DNA of 64,000 nt from an uncultured Candidatus Rokubacteria bacterium (lineage in GTDB: Bacteria; Methylomirabilota; Methylomirabilia; Rokubacteriales; CSP1-6): the NCBI GenBank assembly GCA_963771355.1, contig CAVYTA010000006.1:1312001-1376000 (forward strand), read 5' to 3'. A model generated the notes under the pieces. It made no database searches, was not told the origin of the DNA, and saw only the letters and a program-made list of their open reading frames with translations. Below, piece after piece: positions 61,616 through 64,000 of the stretch (position 1 is the first letter of the stretch; each line of letters opens with the position of its first letter). The translations under genes and the position numbers were made by a program.

Positions 61616-62509
61616 CTAGCCGGGATCGGCCTCGAGAAAGATTCGAAACGCCTCCGCCACCGGCGAGCGTATCCGGTCCTTGTGGGTCACCACGTGGAAC
61701 GCGCGAGTGATGGCGAGATCCTTCACCTGGAGGCAGATGAGCCAGCCGGCCCGGCACTCCTCCTCCACCGCGCGGCGCGAGAGGATGGTGATGCCCATCC
61801 CCGCCTTCACTGCCTGCTTCACGGCCTGGCTCGAGCCCATCTCGCCGACCACCCGCAGCGCGCCCAGGTCGACCCCGGCGCGCTCGAGCGCGGCCTCCAG
61901 CGCGGCCCGCGTGCCGGACCCCGCCTCGCGGATGAGCAGCGGCTCCCGCGCCAGCTCCGCCAGCGTGATCTCCACGCGCCCGGTCCAGGGATGCCCCGCG
62001 GGCGCCACCACCACCTCCTCGTCGGGGAGGAGCTCGCGAAACTCGAGCCCGCGCCGCGGCAGGCGCGCCCCCACCACCGCCACCTCGACCCGGCCCTCCG
62101 CCACCCAGTCCGTCACGCCCCGGCTGTCGCCGATGAGCAGGGTCGTCGAGATGTCCGGGAACTTCTCCTTGAACCGGCCCAGGATGGCGGGAAGGATGTA
62201 TTCCCCCGGGATGGTGCTCCCGCCGACGACCAGGACGCCGCTCATCCGGCCCTGGAACGCGTCCATCGCCTGCCGCGCCTCGCGCGCGAGGGTGAGCATG
62301 CGCCCCGCGTACGAGAGCAGCAGCTGGCCGGCCCGCGTGACGCCGGCGCCGCGCCCCAGCCGGTCGAGCAGGCGCACGCCGAGCTCGTCCTCGAGGGAGC
62401 GGATATGCTCGGACACGGTGGGCTGGGTGAGATGCAGCGCCTCGGCGGCGCGGGAAAAGGAGGCGAGCTCGGCCACCTTGGTGAAGATCTCGAGCTGGCG
62501 CAGATCCAT
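61616..62509 (-). CDS. LysR-family regulator (CysL-like substrate-binding domain)
   Basis: SFSRAAEALHLTQPTVS HTH, STIPGEYILP, REAGSGTR. Confidence 0.95.
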   Translation of the reverse strand: MDLRQLEIFTKVAELASFSRAAEALHLTQPTVSEHIRSLEDELGVRLLDRLGRGAGVTRAGQLLLSYAGRMLTLAREARQAMDAFQGRMSGVLVVGGSTIPGEYILPAILGRFKEKFPDISTTLLIGDSRGVTDWVAEGRVEVAVVGARLPRRGLEFRELLPDEEVVVAPAGHPWTGRVEITLAELAREPLLIREAGSGTRAALEAALERAGVDLGALRVVGEMGSSQAVKQAVKAGMGITILSRRAVEEECRAGWLICLQVKDLAITRAFHVVTHKDRIRSPVAEAFRIFLEADPG

Positions 62510-62569
62510 GGCGGTCGAGTATAGAAGCGGGCCCGGAGGCTGTCCAGCGGCCTTCCACCCGCGCCGGAC

Positions 62570-63949
62570 TCAGCCGAGCAGGGACTCGGCGGCCTCCATG
62601 AACCCTTCCGCGAGCGTCGGATGGGCGTGGATGGTCGCGGCCACGTCCTCGGCCAGGAGCGCATTCTCGACCGCGAGCGCCCCCTCGGCGATCAGCTCCC
62701 CCGCCCCGGGCCCCACGATGCCCACGCCGATGAGGCGCCCGGTGGCGACCTCGGCCACGAGCTTGGTGAGGCCGTCGGCGCGCCCGAGCGTGGCGGCGCG
62801 TCCGGAGGCGGCCCAGGCGAAGCGTGCCACCCGCACCTCGCGGCCGGCGGCGCGCGCCTCGGGCTCGCTCATCCCGCACCACGCCACCTCGGGATCGGTG
62901 AAGACCACCGCGGGCACGACGACATTGTCGAAGGCGGCGGGCCGGCCGGCGATCACCTCCGCGGCCACCTTGCCCTGGCGCATCGCTCGGTGCGCGAGCA
63001 TCGGCTCGCCGGTGACGTCCCCGACGGCGAAGATGCGCGGGTCGTCCGTGCGACAGTGCCCGTCCACCGTGATGAGTCCGCGTCCGTCCACGCGTGCCCG
63101 CGTCGTCTCGAGGCCGAGCTCCGCGCTTCGCGGGCGGCGCCCCACCGCCACGAGCGCGCGGTCGTACCGCTCCGGGCGCCCGCCCAGCGTCGCCTCCACC
63201 TCCGCGCCCACCTCGCGGAGGCTCTCGATGCGCGTCCCCAGCCGGATCTCCGCGAACTGCTTTGCGATGTGTCGGGCCAGCGGCTGCACGAGGTCGCGAT
63301 CGACACCGGGCAGCACGCCCTCCGCCATCTCGACGAGCGTGACCCGGCTCCCCAGGGCGGCGTAGACCTGCCCCAGCTCGAGCCCGATATAGCCGCCCCC
63401 CACCACCAGGAGCCGCTCCGGCACGTCGGGCACCTCGAGCGCGGCGGTCGAGTCCATGATGCGCTCACCCGCCGTCACGCCGGGCAGCGTGGCCGGCTCG
63501 GAGCCCGTGGCCACGATGGCGTGGCCGAAGCGGATGGTCTGCGGCGCCTCGCCCTCCACCCGCAGCGTCCGTGAGCCCTCGAAGATCCCCCGTCCGGTCA
63601 CCAGCTCCACCTTCTTGGCGCGCGCCACGCCGGCGAGCCCCTTGGCGAGCTTGCCCACCACGCGCTCCGTCTTCCACTTCCGCAACGGGTCGAGCGCAAA
63701 TCGCGGCGGGCCGAACTCCACGCCGAGCTCGCGGGCACGCTCCACCTCGGCGACGACGTGGGCGACGTGGAGCAACGCCTTGGAGGGAATGCAGCCCTCG
63801 TGGAGACAGGCCCCGCCGAGGCGCCCGTCGCCGTCCACGATCAGCGTCTCGAGCCCGAGGTCGGCGCAGCGGAACGCGGCGGAGTAGCCTCCGGGACCGC
63901 CGCCCACCACCACCACGTCCACCTCGCGCACGAGATCGCCCATGACCAT
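62570..63949 (-). CDS. lpdA: Dihydrolipoyl dehydrogenase
   Basis: GGGPGGY, GGACLHEGCIPSK, GGGYIGLE, HAHPTLAE. Confidence 0.96.
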   Translation of the reverse strand: MVMGDLVREVDVVVVGGGPGGYSAAFRCADLGLETLIVDGDGRLGGACLHEGCIPSKALLHVAHVVAEVERARELGVEFGPPRFALDPLRKWKTERVVGKLAKGLAGVARAKKVELVTGRGIFEGSRTLRVEGEAPQTIRFGHAIVATGSEPATLPGVTAGERIMDSTAALEVPDVPERLLVVGGGYIGLELGQVYAALGSRVTLVEMAEGVLPGVDRDLVQPLARHIAKQFAEIRLGTRIESLREVGAEVEATLGGRPERYDRALVAVGRRPRSAELGLETTRARVDGRGLITVDGHCRTDDPRIFAVGDVTGEPMLAHRAMRQGKVAAEVIAGRPAAFDNVVVPAVVFTDPEVAWCGMSEPEARAAGREVRVARFAWAASGRAATLGRADGLTKLVAEVATGRLIGVGIVGPGAGELIAEGALAVENALLAEDVAATIHAHPTLAEGFMEAAESLLG

Positions 63950-63961
63950 GACGCGACTCGC

Positions 63962-64000
63962 TCAGAGACCGAGCAGCAGCCGGCCGGGCGTCTCGAGCAG
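63962..64000 (-). CDS. C-terminus of a probable dihydrolipoamide acyltransferase (E2), partial
   Basis: LLETPGRLLLGL* resembles the E2 C-terminal LE.P..LL motif, directly upstream of lpdA; only 13 codons visible. Confidence 0.6.
   Translation of the reverse strand: MLETPGRLLLGL

Overview
A very GC-rich (roughly 70% by eye) bacterial chromosomal segment, mostly minus-strand. Gene content and style suggest a Rokubacteria/Methylomirabilota-like organism (inference only). It contains: (1) a translation/envelope core block, rplM-rpsI-argC-argJ-rpsB-tsf-pyrH-frr-uppS-cdsA-dxr-rseP-[2Fe-2S ferredoxin]-proS-rimP-nusA-ylxR; (2) a mixed operon (ACT-malic enzyme, GT2, aminotransferase, HIT, nth), plus yceI, cinA and an RpoD-like sigma paralog; (3) an acyl-CoA-related region made of a Liv-type ABC transporter with acyl-CoA synthetase, followed by a separately promoted operon of two ferritin-like proteins, a biotin-dependent carboxylase (biotin carboxylase gene with a 1-nt frameshift) and a DinB-family protein; (4) DNA Pol IV, an HD protein, cysE, a second IscS/IscU-like pair, an inverted DsrEFH/TusDCB-like trio and a complete iscRSUA-hscBA-fdx-iscX operon; (5) a GalT-like gene with a degenerate active site, divergent from a nucleotidyltransferase/metallophosphoesterase pair; (6) a MoxR-DUF58-triple-VWA-TPR cluster, a zf-HC2 protein, LysR plus a Tat transglutaminase-like protein, and lpdA. 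No rRNA, tRNA, CRISPR or mobile element was seen. The best candidate for an undescribed system is the ferritin-like alpha/beta-type pair co-transcribed with the acyl-CoA carboxylase under a perfect 18-bp palindromic operator.
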